A stretch of 64,000 nucleotides of DNA from Candidatus Binataceae bacterium (GCA_035500095.1 DATJXN010000012.1:1947-65946), one strand, 5' to 3'. Positions 38,540 through 48,411 are shown, numbered from the stretch's first letter. Numbers and translations are program-made. Notes: generated by a model not told the origin, from the letters alone.

Positions 38540-41500
38540 CTACCAGGAATCGATGTGCGGCCGCTTCTTGCCGGTGCGCGACCGCGGCGGGGGCGCGGAG
38601 CGCAGCCCGGTCAAAATCCAGCGCCGCGACTCGACCGGATCGATCACGTCGTCGAGCTCGAAATGCGAGGCGCTGTTGAGCGCCTTACCCTGCTGATACA
38701 TCCGCGCCACCATCTCCTCGAAGAGCTTCTTGCGCGCGGCCGGGTCGGCCACCGCCTCGAGTTCCTTGCGATAGCCGAGCTTGGCCGCGCCCTCGAGGCC
38801 CATCCCGCCGAACTCGCCTGTCGGCCAGGCGACCGTGAAGATCGGCGTCTTGAAACTCCCGCCCGCCATCGCCTGCGCGCCCAACCCATAGCCTTTGCGC
38901 AGCACGATGGTGAAGAAGGGCACGGTGATGTTCGCCCCGACGATGAACATCCGCGCGGCGTGGCGCACCAGCGCGGTCTTTTCGATCTCCGGTCCCACCA
39001 TGATGCCGGGCGTGTCGCAGAGAAAGAGCAGCGGCAGATCGAAGGCGTCGCACAGCTGCATAAAGCGGGCTGCCTTGTCGGCGCCGTCGCTGTCGATCGC
39101 GCCCGCCAGATGCGTGGGGTTGTTGGCGATCACGCCGAGCGGGCGGCCCTCGATCCGGATGAGCGCCGTCACCATCCCGAGCCCGAAGTGGCGGCGCAAT
39201 TCGAGCACCGAGCCGGTGTCGGCGAGCGTCTCGATCACCGCGCGCACGTCGTAGATCCGGAGCCGGTTCTCCGGGATGATTCCGCGCAGCAGGCGCTGGT
39301 CGGCGCATTCCCACCGGCCGAGCGGGCCCTGGAAATAGGAAAGATACTTCTTCGCGACACGCACCGCCTCGGCCTCGTCCGCGACCGGCACATCGACCAC
39401 GCCGTTGGGCACCTGCACGCTCATCGGCCCGATATCTTCGGGACGGAAGATACCCAGACCGCCGCCCTCGACCATCGCCGGACCGCCCATCCCGATGTTC
39501 GAGTTGGCGGCCGCGATCACCACGTCGCAGCATCCGAGCAGCGCCGCGTTGCCCGCGAAGCATCGCCCCGAATTGATCCCGACCATCGGCACGAGGCCGC
39601 TCAGCTTGCCCCAGTAATGAAACGCCGGAACGTCGAGGCCCGAGAGCCAAAGGCCGTCGGTGTCGCCGGGACGCCCGCCGCCGCCTTCGGTGAACAGCAC
39701 CACCGGCAGGCGCATCTCGGCGGCGATCTCGAACATGCGGTCCTTCTTGCGATGATTCTGCTGGCCCTGAGTGCCGGCGAGTACGGTGTAGTCGTAGGAC
39801 ATCGCGATGCACCGGGCGCGCGAGTCGTCGAAGAGGTCGCCGTTGACGCGGCCGATTCCGGCGACCAGGCCGTCGGCGGGCGTGTTTTTGATCAGGTCGT
39901 CGAGCGCGCGCCGCCGCCGCTGCGCGGCGAGCACCAGCGCGCCGTACTCGACGAAGGTCCCGGGGTCGCAAAGATCCGCTATGTTCTCGCGCGCGGTGCG
40001 CTGACCGGTTTTGCGCCGGCGCGCGACCGCCTCGGGCCGCCCGGCGTCGAATCCCGTCGCGTGGCGCTCGTACACCTCGGCCAGGTCGGGCCGGATACGG
40101 TCGAGATCGACTTTTTCGGCCTCGGCGGCCGCCGCCGGATCGACCTCGGCCTCTTCGATGAAGGCGAGCGGATGGCCCTCGAAGATTGCGTCGCGCGCGC
40201 CGACCGCGATCTGCCGCACCACTCCGCTTACGTGCGCGTGGACCACGTGCTCCATCTTCATCGCTTCCATCACGAAGAGCTGCTGGCCCTTGCGCACCAA
40301 TTCGCCCTCGCGCACGTCGATCGAGACGATCGTCCCCTGCATCGGCGCGGCGACCGCGACCGTGTTTTCCGGCCCGGTGATCTCGTGATGAACCGCGGCG
40401 TCGCTCTCGGCGATAGCGATGCTCGGCGCCGGCGCCGAGTTGACCGCGCTCTTGCCGTGACTCAGCACGGCCAGTGGATCGATCGAATCGATCCTGGCGC
40501 CGGCGAGCGTCCTCGCACCCGGCGCGCGTTTGCCTCCGGCGCGATGCGCCCTGGTCCCGGCGCTCGCGGCGGCGATGAAGAGCTGGCGATGGGTCGAACT
40601 CGCGGCGGCAACGAGCTCGGCGATATGCTCCTCGACGAAGCGGGTGTAGAGCCGGTTGGCCGCGAAATCGGGATGCTCGAGCAGGGCCTGAAGAAATCCG
40701 ACGTTGGTCGCGACGCCCTCGATCCGGAATTCGCTTAGCGCGCGGCGCGCGCGCGTCACGGCGGAGGCGAAATCGGCTGACGCCGAGGAGGCGATCAGCT
40801 TCGCCAGCAGCGAGTCGAAGTTCGGATTGCTCGTGTAACCCGCGTAGGCGAATGAATCTACGCGCACTCCCGGCCCCGACGGCGGCTCGAACGCGATCAG
40901 CGTGCCGCCCGACGGTTTGGCATTGCCGTCGGCGCCCATCGATTCCATGTTGATGCGCATCTGGATCGCAAAGCCGCGCGGCTTCGGAATCTCGGCCTGG
41001 AGCGCGCCAAGCTCGGCGAGCGTGCTCCCGCCCGCCAACTGCAGCTGCAACTTGACCAGATCGATGCCGGTGACCTCCTCGGTCACCGTATGCTCGACCT
41101 GGAGGCGCGGGTTGGCCTCGATGAACGCGAACCCGGCGTCATCGTGCTGTGCGTCGGCCTCGAGCAGAAACTCGAACGTGCCGAGATTGTCGTAGCGCAC
41201 CGCTTCGGCCATCCGCACCGCCGCTGCAGTCAACCGGGCGCGCATGCGCTCCGGCAGACCGGGGCTGGGCGCGATCTCGATCAGCTTCTGATTGCGCCGC
41301 TGGATGGTACATTCGCGCTCCCATAGATGGCTGACGCTGCCGGAACCATCGCCCGCTATCTGGACCTCGAGATGGCGCGCGCGGGGCATCAGCCTTTCGA
41401 CATAAACGTCCGGGTTGCCGAAGGCCGCGCGCGCTTCCGACTGACAACGCCGATACGCCTCGTCCAGTTCGTCGATCCGGCCGACCGCGCGCATCCCGCG

Positions 41501-41998
41501 CCCGCCGCCGCCGGCGACCGCCTTGACCATCACCGCGCCACCATCGCCGAGCGCGGCGAGAAATTCCCGCGCCTCGCTGAGACTGGTCGCGCCCGCAGTG
41601 CCCGCCAGCACCGGCACTCCGACCCGCTCCGCCAGCGCCCGCGCGCTGAGCTTGTCGCCGAACAACTCGAGCACTTCAGGCCGCGGTCCGACAAACCTGA
41701 TTCCTTCTTCTGCGGCGCGGCGGGCAAATTGTGCATTCTCGCTGAGGAAGCCGTAGCCGGGATGTACCGCGTCGCATCCGGCCGCCTTGGCGACCGCGAC
41801 TATTTGTTCGACGTCGAGATAAGCGGCGGCGCCTTTGCCCGCAAGCGCGCGGACCTCGTCGGCCTTGCGGGTGTGAAGCGAGTGAGCGTCGTCCTCGGAA
41901 AAGACGGCCGTCGTGCGGATACCCATCTCGGCGGCGGCGCGCATGATGCGGATAGCTATTTCTCCGCGATTGGCGACGAGAAGACTTCGGGGAAGCAT
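38540..41998 (-). CDS. single-chain biotin-dependent acyl-CoA carboxylase (biotin carboxylase + BCCP + carboxyltransferase)
   Basis: About 1152 aa from ATG 41998 (MLPRSLLVANRGEIAIRIMRAA). A full BC domain, the biotinyl motif FVMEAMKMEH, then an AccD/PccB-type CT domain (...YDYTVLAGTQGQQNHRKKDRMFEIAAEMRLPVVLFTEGGGGRPGD...). Confidence 0.88.
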   Translation of the reverse strand: MLPRSLLVANRGEIAIRIMRAAAEMGIRTTAVFSEDDAHSLHTRKADEVRALAGKGAAAYLDVEQIVAVAKAAGCDAVHPGYGFLSENAQFARRAAEEGIRFVGPRPEVLELFGDKLSARALAERVGVPVLAGTAGATSLSEAREFLAALGDGGAVMVKAVAGGGGRGMRAVGRIDELDEAYRRCQSEARAAFGNPDVYVERLMPRARHLEVQIAGDGSGSVSHLWERECTIQRRNQKLIEIAPSPGLPERMRARLTAAAVRMAEAVRYDNLGTFEFLLEADAQHDDAGFAFIEANPRLQVEHTVTEEVTGIDLVKLQLQLAGGSTLAELGALQAEIPKPRGFAIQMRINMESMGADGNAKPSGGTLIAFEPPSGPGVRVDSFAYAGYTSNPNFDSLLAKLIASSASADFASAVTRARRALSEFRIEGVATNVGFLQALLEHPDFAANRLYTRFVEEHIAELVAAASSTHRQLFIAAASAGTRAHRAGGKRAPGARTLAGARIDSIDPLAVLSHGKSAVNSAPAPSIAIAESDAAVHHEITGPENTVAVAAPMQGTIVSIDVREGELVRKGQQLFVMEAMKMEHVVHAHVSGVVRQIAVGARDAIFEGHPLAFIEEAEVDPAAAAEAEKVDLDRIRPDLAEVYERHATGFDAGRPEAVARRRKTGQRTARENIADLCDPGTFVEYGALVLAAQRRRRALDDLIKNTPADGLVAGIGRVNGDLFDDSRARCIAMSYDYTVLAGTQGQQNHRKKDRMFEIAAEMRLPVVLFTEGGGGRPGDTDGLWLSGLDVPAFHYWGKLSGLVPMVGINSGRCFAGNAALLGCCDVVIAAANSNIGMGGPAMVEGGGLGIFRPEDIGPMSVQVPNGVVDVPVADEAEAVRVAKKYLSYFQGPLGRWECADQRLLRGIIPENRLRIYDVRAVIETLADTGSVLELRRHFGLGMVTALIRIEGRPLGVIANNPTHLAGAIDSDGADKAARFMQLCDAFDLPLLFLCDTPGIMVGPEIEKTALVRHAARMFIVGANITVPFFTIVLRKGYGLGAQAMAGGSFKTPIFTVAWPTGEFGGMGLEGAAKLGYRKELEAVADPAARKKLFEEMVARMYQQGKALNSASHFELDDVIDPVESRRWILTGLRSAPPPRSRTGKKRPHIDSW

Positions 41999-42147
41999 TG
42001 AGCGATGCTGCGACTCCTGTTGCGCTTGTCTTTCGGTTAAATCATCGAATTCTCGCACGATCCAGCGGAAGGGCGGGAACGCTCCTTGTTGTCGAAAAGC
42101 CATTCGATAGGCCGATATGGTAGGGTCAGCCGCGGGAGGAAAGTCAG

Positions 42148-42663
42148 ATGGACGCTCGTTCACCCCTGCACTTGCTCGGCGGCAGCCTTCAGCAAGTCGC
42201 GTTCGTGGTCAACGATCTGGCCGCCGGGATGGAATTTTTCAATCGCACGATGGGGATCCCGCGTTTTTACGTGATCGAGGACTTCGGACTGCACGCCCGC
42301 GACAAGACCTTCCGCGGGCGCCCGGCGGAACAGAATTTCAGACTCGCGCTCGCCTATTCCGGCGACACCCAAATCGAACTCATCCAGCATATCTCCGGCG
42401 ACACCTGCTACAAGGAGCACCTGGAGCGCCGCGGCGAGGGCCTCCATCATCTCGGCTTCTTTCTCTACGATTCCGAGGAGTACCAGAGCGCTCTGGATTC
42501 GCTCGGCGCGGCCGGCTATGCGCCCCTGATGAGCGGGCGCTTCGGCACCACGCGCTACACCTACTTCGACACCGAAGCGGCGATCGGCTCGATAATGGAA
42601 ATCGTGTTTCTTGATTCCGGCGGCAGGGATTTCATGGCGAAGATAAAGCGCGGCGACTTCTAG
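42148..42663 (+). CDS. VOC-family (glyoxalase / methylmalonyl-CoA-epimerase-like) protein
   Basis: 171 aa. LQQVAFVVNDLAAGMEFF...GLHHLGFFLYD. GGGAGGA RBS. Divergent from the carboxylase. Confidence 0.75.
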   Translation: MDARSPLHLLGGSLQQVAFVVNDLAAGMEFFNRTMGIPRFYVIEDFGLHARDKTFRGRPAEQNFRLALAYSGDTQIELIQHISGDTCYKEHLERRGEGLHHLGFFLYDSEEYQSALDSLGAAGYAPLMSGRFGTTRYTYFDTEAAIGSIMEIVFLDSGGRDFMAKIKRGDF

Positions 42664-42688
42664 CAAGAACCGCGGCATATCATATCCG

Positions 42689-44038
42689 ATGATAAAGGGA
42701 CGCATCCTCGACACCGCCCAGGCGCTCGCGCAGGGAACGACTACTAGCGCTCGGCTGGTGGACGAGGCGCTCGAGCGCGGCGGCGACCCGGCCGGCGAGG
42801 GGGCGCGCGTCTTCACCCGGCTCTTCCGCGAGTCGGCGCGCGTCCAGGCCGCGGCGAGCGATAATCTGCGCGCGGCCGGAATCGTCGCCTCGCCGCTCCA
42901 CGGCATCCCCATTTCGATCAAGGACTTGTTCGACGTCGCCGGCCAAACCACCACCGCCGGCTCGATAGTGCTGAAGGCGCGCCCGCCCGCCGCGCGTGAC
43001 GCCGCCATCGTGCGCCGCCTGCGCGCGGCCGGCGCGGCCATCGTAGGCAAGACCAACATGACCGAGTTCGCCTTCTCTGGCGTCGGACTCAACCCGCACT
43101 ATGGAACGCCGCGCAATTGCTGGGACCGCCCGGGCGCCAGGATTCCCGGTGGTTCCTCGTCGGGCGCGGCGATCTCGGTCACGGACGCGATGGCGGTCGC
43201 GGCGATCGGTACCGACACCGGCGGCTCCGTGCGCATCCCGGCCGCTCTGAACGGTCTGACAGGTTTCAAACCAACTCAGCGGCGCGTGCCGCTCGATGGC
43301 GCGTTTCCGCTATCCAGCACGCTGGACTCGATCGGGCCCCTCGCCAATTCGCTCGCCTGCTGCGCGATCGTCGACGCGGTGATCGCCGGCGAGGAGCCGG
43401 TGGTGCCGGCGCCGATTGCCTTGCGCGGCCTGCGCCTGGCGGTGCCGCAGCACTACGTCATTGACGGCCTCGAGCCTGCGGTCGCGCGATGCTTCGAGGA
43501 CGCGCTAAGGCGCCTCTCCGACGCCGGCGCGCTGATCGTCGATCTTCCGTTCGCGGAACTCGAGGAATTGCCGTCGATCAATGCGAAGGGCGGGTTCTCT
43601 GCCGCCGAATGTTACGCCAAACTTCGGGAGGTTGTCGCGACTGACAGCGAAAGGATCGATGCGCGCGTACTCGCGCGGATCGTGCGCGGCGCCGGGATGA
43701 GCGGCCCCGACTACGTCGACCTGATCGCCGCTCGCGCCTCCCTGATCGCGCGCGCCGCGGCGCTTACCGCACCGTTCGACGCGCTCGCGATGCCCACGGT
43801 GGCGCTGACCGCTCCTCCGATCGCCGCTCTAGCCGACGACCGCGAATATGGCCGGGTCAACCTGGCGATCCTGCGCAATCCTTCGGTGGTCAACTTCCTC
43901 GACCGCTGCGCGCTCACGCTTCCGTGCCATCGGCCCGGCGAAGCACCAGTGGGATTCAGCCTGATGGGTGAGCATCTGGGCGACCGGCGACTCATCGGGA
44001 TCGGCCTTGCCTGCGAAGCGGTTCTGCGCCGCGAATAG
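42689..44038 (+). CDS. amidase (amidase-signature family)
   Basis: PLHGIPISIKDLFDVAGQTTTAGS and GGSSSGAAISV. Confidence 0.88.
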   Translation: MIKGRILDTAQALAQGTTTSARLVDEALERGGDPAGEGARVFTRLFRESARVQAAASDNLRAAGIVASPLHGIPISIKDLFDVAGQTTTAGSIVLKARPPAARDAAIVRRLRAAGAAIVGKTNMTEFAFSGVGLNPHYGTPRNCWDRPGARIPGGSSSGAAISVTDAMAVAAIGTDTGGSVRIPAALNGLTGFKPTQRRVPLDGAFPLSSTLDSIGPLANSLACCAIVDAVIAGEEPVVPAPIALRGLRLAVPQHYVIDGLEPAVARCFEDALRRLSDAGALIVDLPFAELEELPSINAKGGFSAAECYAKLREVVATDSERIDARVLARIVRGAGMSGPDYVDLIAARASLIARAAALTAPFDALAMPTVALTAPPIAALADDREYGRVNLAILRNPSVVNFLDRCALTLPCHRPGEAPVGFSLMGEHLGDRRLIGIGLACEAVLRRE

Positions 44039-44120
44039 TGCGGGGCGATCCGCGGCAGCGCTTCGTGTCGTCAGTCCGGTGCGGTCAGCCCGGTGCAATC
44101 GGTCCGATGCGATCCGTCAA

Positions 44121-46118
44121 CTAGCCGCCGGGACGGGCGGCCAGCACGGCCGGCCGCCAACTCTTGAGATCTTTCATCGCCTGGGCGGGCGGAGCGCCGC
44201 CGAGCGACATCCATCGCGAACGGTAAGATGCGGTCGCCGCGAGTTGTACTCGCAGACGGCTGCCGGCGTGACTTCCGGACACGCCGAGAGTTGCCCATGG
44301 CAGAGTGACCTGTGCGGTTATCCGGGGCCGATCGCTGACCTCATACAGCGCCGTAGCCGAGGGCACCGGCATGCAGGTCTCGTGATCCATGCGACAGACC
44401 TCCACGCGCATCTCCTTCCCCTCCCGCCGCCCGCCCCCGGCGCGCAAGGGCATCGTGGGCGGGACTACAAAAAACGCGAAGCGCCGCGCTCCCGCACCCG
44501 CATCGACGCCGAAATCGATTCTGAACGCTTCGCTTCGCGGAAAGTCCCCCTTGTACGCGAGCAGGCTCTCATCGAAGTGCTCCATGCTGATCGTGGCCAC
44601 GTGCAAACCCGCTTCGCTCCATGCGAGAAGGAAATCGCCGAAGACCGCCTCGGGCGCGGGCGTGGAAAACCCCTTCACCAGGGCCTCATCCTTCGGCCAC
44701 CGCGCGAGCGAGAATGCGGCCGGGTCGAGAGGAGCCTCGGGAATCTCCATCGGCGAATTTTCCGCCGCCGGCGCGCGCTGCGATGCGTTCGCATGTATTT
44801 CGGCGAGACTCCGATTTGCCGCGGTCAACGCCGAGACCAGCTCCTGGTAAGGCCGTCCGTCGATGTCGAGCAGGCCGAAATCGTAATCCTCGCGGTCAAA
44901 TCCGCGCCCGCCTCTCGGTTCGTCGTAGTACTGAAACCAGTGAAGTCCGACGACCGCGGGTTGGCGCGCGAAGTTGCGCGCCGCATTCGCCGCGCCGCGC
45001 GCCCGCTCGGCCTGCGTTTTCACGGTCATCAGGTAACCATTGTTGGTATTTCCGGATCGGTTCTCATCGGCCGCGAAATACCATTCGGAAACCAGCACCG
45101 GCTTGTTCCCGGTCAACTGGCCGAGCGCGTCGAAATAGTAATGGGCGATCCATCCGTCCGGACTGTCCACGTTGTAGTTGGTCGCGACGGCATCGACGAA
45201 CGGCGTCATGGCGCGCACCGCGTCCGGATCGTAATAGCTGGGAAGGCGGTCGCCGAAAATTATCGCGTTGGGATCCGCCGCGCGCAACGCCCGACAAGTC
45301 AATTGGTAGTAGCGGCGCGTCACCGCCGCCGTCCACTCGCGAATCATCCGAATCCCATTTCCTCCGGGGCGCATTTGGGCGCGCGCGTCTGCGCTCTGGA
45401 GCAATCCGTCAAAAGAGGAAATTCCTCCCGAAACAACGAAGTCGGCGGTAAAGCGACGCCAGTCGCCATAATGGCGGCGTATCAAGTCAACCAAGGCCTG
45501 CTTGGTGTAATTCGACGGGGACCGGGCGAGGTAGTAAGTGAACAGCGCGCCGTACCACCATCCAACCTCATTATCCAGAAAATACCCCATTCGATAGACG
45601 CTGGATTTATACGGACCAACGGCCTTCCGCGTCTGGGCGAATATGAGCGCTTCGACCGATGGATCGAAAGGATCGTCCCACAGCAGCCGCGCCCTCCAAC
45701 CGAGGTCGAGATCGGGAATGCTTGGAAGCGCAACATTGGGAGAGCTGAAGGCGCCGGCCGTATTGAAGCCCCAGGCGCCGACCTGCGCGCCCGCACGGCG
45801 CGCCCATGCATCCGGTTCCCGGGATGGAGGGAGCCAGGTCTTACGCTCGGGACCCCAGTTCAGCGACCGCGTTGCGCTCCTCGTCATGGTGTTTACGCCG
45901 ATAGAAAAGAAGCGCTTGCCGCACGGATTCGCGAGCCACGACACTCCATCGCCTGTCTGAAACGTCCAGCGGTCGGTGGAACCAGGCCGCGGCGAGCAGG
46001 CCGCGCCCGCCAGTGGCGGAAGTGAACAAATAGCAAGGGCGGCAAGTGCGAGCCAGCCGACGAGGCCGCTGCAGATCGCCGGAGCACGATCGATGGCGGA
46101 AGTCGCACGCAATATCAA
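44121..46118 (-). CDS. secreted glycoside-hydrolase-like protein (TIM-barrel clan GH-A-like core plus C-terminal carbohydrate-binding-like domain)
   Basis: N-terminal signal-like LVGWLALAALAICSL. Candidate acid/base and nucleophile contexts are YFLDNEVGWW and VLVSEWYF. The family cannot be assigned without a search. TTG start, uncertain. Confidence 0.5.
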   Translation of the reverse strand: MILRATSAIDRAPAICSGLVGWLALAALAICSLPPLAGAACSPRPGSTDRWTFQTGDGVSWLANPCGKRFFSIGVNTMTRSATRSLNWGPERKTWLPPSREPDAWARRAGAQVGAWGFNTAGAFSSPNVALPSIPDLDLGWRARLLWDDPFDPSVEALIFAQTRKAVGPYKSSVYRMGYFLDNEVGWWYGALFTYYLARSPSNYTKQALVDLIRRHYGDWRRFTADFVVSGGISSFDGLLQSADARAQMRPGGNGIRMIREWTAAVTRRYYQLTCRALRAADPNAIIFGDRLPSYYDPDAVRAMTPFVDAVATNYNVDSPDGWIAHYYFDALGQLTGNKPVLVSEWYFAADENRSGNTNNGYLMTVKTQAERARGAANAARNFARQPAVVGLHWFQYYDEPRGGRGFDREDYDFGLLDIDGRPYQELVSALTAANRSLAEIHANASQRAPAAENSPMEIPEAPLDPAAFSLARWPKDEALVKGFSTPAPEAVFGDFLLAWSEAGLHVATISMEHFDESLLAYKGDFPRSEAFRIDFGVDAGAGARRFAFFVVPPTMPLRAGGGRREGKEMRVEVCRMDHETCMPVPSATALYEVSDRPRITAQVTLPWATLGVSGSHAGSRLRVQLAATASYRSRWMSLGGAPPAQAMKDLKSWRPAVLAARPGG

Positions 46119-46157
46119 TTACTCGGGACTCGGCTCGTGAACGGCATCGATGAGATG

Positions 46158-47969
46158 CTACGGCTCGCGTGGATTCGGCCGGATCGGGTACGGATATCCG
46201 TTAGCCAGCGCCCTTTCCAGATCGGCATTCTGTCCGTAGATATCCTTGAAGAAACGGACCGAGCCATCGGGTTCGACCACCGCGGTCGAATAGAGAATGA
46301 GTACCGGGATGGGCTTGTCGAGATTCACCTGGATTGTCTCATCCCCATTCATCGCCGCGACAATCTTGTCCTCGGTCCATTCCGGCTTGTTCCGCAGGAC
46401 CCAAACCGCCAGTCCCACCGGATTCTGCACCCGGATGCATCCGTGGCTGAAGTCGCGCCGCGCTTTCAGAAACAACTCCGGCTGCGGGGTGCTGTGCAAA
46501 TAGACATTGAAGTGGTTGGGGAAGATGAACTTGACCAGCCCCAGCGCATTCTTGGGTCCCGGCTTCTGCCGGATATACAGCGAACCCGACCGGAGCTTGC
46601 CGAGCGTCTCGTCGTCCACCGTGCCGTCGGTGATTACCGCGCCGCTGCTGGTAGTTACTTCGAATCCATGATCCGCCAGATAGTCGCGATCCCGCCGGAT
46701 TTTTGGCACCAGCTCGGCGAACTGAATCGACAGCGGGACTTCCCAATATGGGCGGAAAATCACGTAGCGCATGTAATCCGCGAAGATGGGCGTCTGATGC
46801 CCGTACGCCTTGCCCACGATGACGCGCATCGTCAGAAACGGCGCGGGCTGCCGGCGCATCGTCCGCAGCCTGAACTCGGGGAGATTGACGATGATCGGCG
46901 GCTGCGGAAAACTCACCGGAATCCATCGATAGCGCTCAAGCGTGTACTGAAGCTCCTTGACCCGTTGGCTTAGCGGCACGTTCAGTTGCGCCAAGGTATC
47001 CTTGCCGAGCACGCCGTCGGGCTGAAGGCCGTGGCGATCCTGGAAGTGCTTGACGCCGTCAATCACGGCGCCCTGATAGACCGTGGCGTCGGCAGGCACG
47101 GCGGCGTCAGGCGGAAGATCGCCAAGCAGGCGCAGCCGCGCGGCGAGAGGTGCGACGCCCGAGTATTTGTCGCCCGGATGGACGGACTTGACCGGAAATG
47201 GTATCGGCGCACCGTCGCCCTGGGCCGCCAGCTTCGTATACGCCGCGAGCGCGGTTTTCGCGCGGCCATAGCCGTCGTAGTGCGGCTCGAGGCTTGCGAG
47301 CGCGGCGTTGACGTCCGCGGACCGGATAATCTGGTTGCGCAACTCGCCGGCGAGATCGTACCTGCTGGACGCAACTTCGACTCCGAAATCGATGTGTTGA
47401 GGATTGACCCTTCCGTCGCGGAGCGCCGAGAGATAGCGCGCGGCGCAAACCGTGAGCGCGAGATCGAAACGCACCGGATCGGGAGATGGCGCCGAGAGCG
47501 CGGCCACGCGGCCGTCCCATCGCGAGGCGTCGTAGTCCTCCGGATCGAGGCCGCTTTGCGCGGCCTGTTTGAACTGTTGGATCATTGCCAGCGCCTGCGC
47601 CGTCGGCTTGCCGCCGTTGACCCACGCGAGCGTGTTCCCCCCTGCAGCGTAGAAGCTGGCCACCTCGGGCCGGACGTCGCTGAAATTGGGCCAGCGCAAG
47701 TCTGCGAGTTTGCCCGCGGCGATAAGCGCGCTCATTTCGTCCGTAGCCATCGGTACAGCGGTGGCCTGCGCCGCGGGCGAAGCGTCGGCGGCCAGGATCG
47801 AACTCGGAGCCAGGAACGCGCAGAGCGCCAGGAACGCCAAATTCGGAATCGCCAAAATCGCGAGACGGCGGATCGCGCCCGGACCGCGCCGAAGCTTACG
47901 GCCTTTCGTCTGTTCCGCACGATATAGAATCGACACGGCTCCCCCCCTCCCGCACGTTCGACTGGCCAC
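46158..47969 (-). CDS. L,D-transpeptidase, YcbB/LdtD-like, with a peptidoglycan-binding domain
   Basis: PG-binding repeat FQDRHGLQPDGVLGKDTLAQLN, and a YkuD catalytic region ending HSTPQPELFLKARRDFSHGCIRVQNP. GTG start, uncertain. Confidence 0.85.
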   Translation of the reverse strand: MASRTCGRGGAVSILYRAEQTKGRKLRRGPGAIRRLAILAIPNLAFLALCAFLAPSSILAADASPAAQATAVPMATDEMSALIAAGKLADLRWPNFSDVRPEVASFYAAGGNTLAWVNGGKPTAQALAMIQQFKQAAQSGLDPEDYDASRWDGRVAALSAPSPDPVRFDLALTVCAARYLSALRDGRVNPQHIDFGVEVASSRYDLAGELRNQIIRSADVNAALASLEPHYDGYGRAKTALAAYTKLAAQGDGAPIPFPVKSVHPGDKYSGVAPLAARLRLLGDLPPDAAVPADATVYQGAVIDGVKHFQDRHGLQPDGVLGKDTLAQLNVPLSQRVKELQYTLERYRWIPVSFPQPPIIVNLPEFRLRTMRRQPAPFLTMRVIVGKAYGHQTPIFADYMRYVIFRPYWEVPLSIQFAELVPKIRRDRDYLADHGFEVTTSSGAVITDGTVDDETLGKLRSGSLYIRQKPGPKNALGLVKFIFPNHFNVYLHSTPQPELFLKARRDFSHGCIRVQNPVGLAVWVLRNKPEWTEDKIVAAMNGDETIQVNLDKPIPVLILYSTAVVEPDGSVRFFKDIYGQNADLERALANGYPYPIRPNPREP

Positions 47970-48256
47970 GAGATGTTCGGATCGATGCGCGAAGCAGACC
48001 GCACTTATAGGGAAATGCCGGCCTCTGGGAAAGCCCTCTGCGGCAAAGCGACCCAGAGCTGGCCTTAAGTCGACCGCAGAGCGTCTATAAGAAGATTTGA
48101 GCGTAAATTGACGTCTCTAAAGCGGAATGGTGCAACAAGATTCCGTTGCAGAAGCGCTACCGTTCAAGGGGTTTTCGATACCTGTCTATTATATGCTTCT
48201 TTAGTCATTTTTCTCTTATTTTATTTCTCTAATCTTAATTAGAAGAAAATCTACTC

Positions 48257-48272
48257 TGGCATGGGTTATGCT
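48257..48272 (+). promoter_or_regulatory. sigma-54 (-24/-12) promoter upstream of the bEBP gene
   Basis: TGGCATGGGTTATGCT versus consensus TGGCAC-N5-TTGCW. GG and GC are exactly 10 nt apart. It sits in an AT-rich spacer about 140 nt upstream of ATG 48412. Confidence 0.6.
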
Positions 48273-48411
48273 GCGCCCTGTCATAGCTAGAGAAGGCCGC
48301 CGGTGACCTTGGGCGAGTGCACGGCATCTGTCCCGACGGCCTCGCACTCGTCCAGCCTCGGTACCGCACAGATCGGAGGCAAGATCACCAACAAGGAGCC
48401 GGTTGGACAAA

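Noticed and set aside
38453-40738. 761-aa plus-strand ORF
   Set aside because: Antisense shadow of the single-chain carboxylase. Arg/His/Asp-rich and motif-free, as is typical of high-GC DNA where stops are rare in the antisense frame.
43968-46025. 685-aa plus-strand ORF
   Set aside because: Antisense to the secreted GH-like gene. Arg/Pro-rich junk translation.
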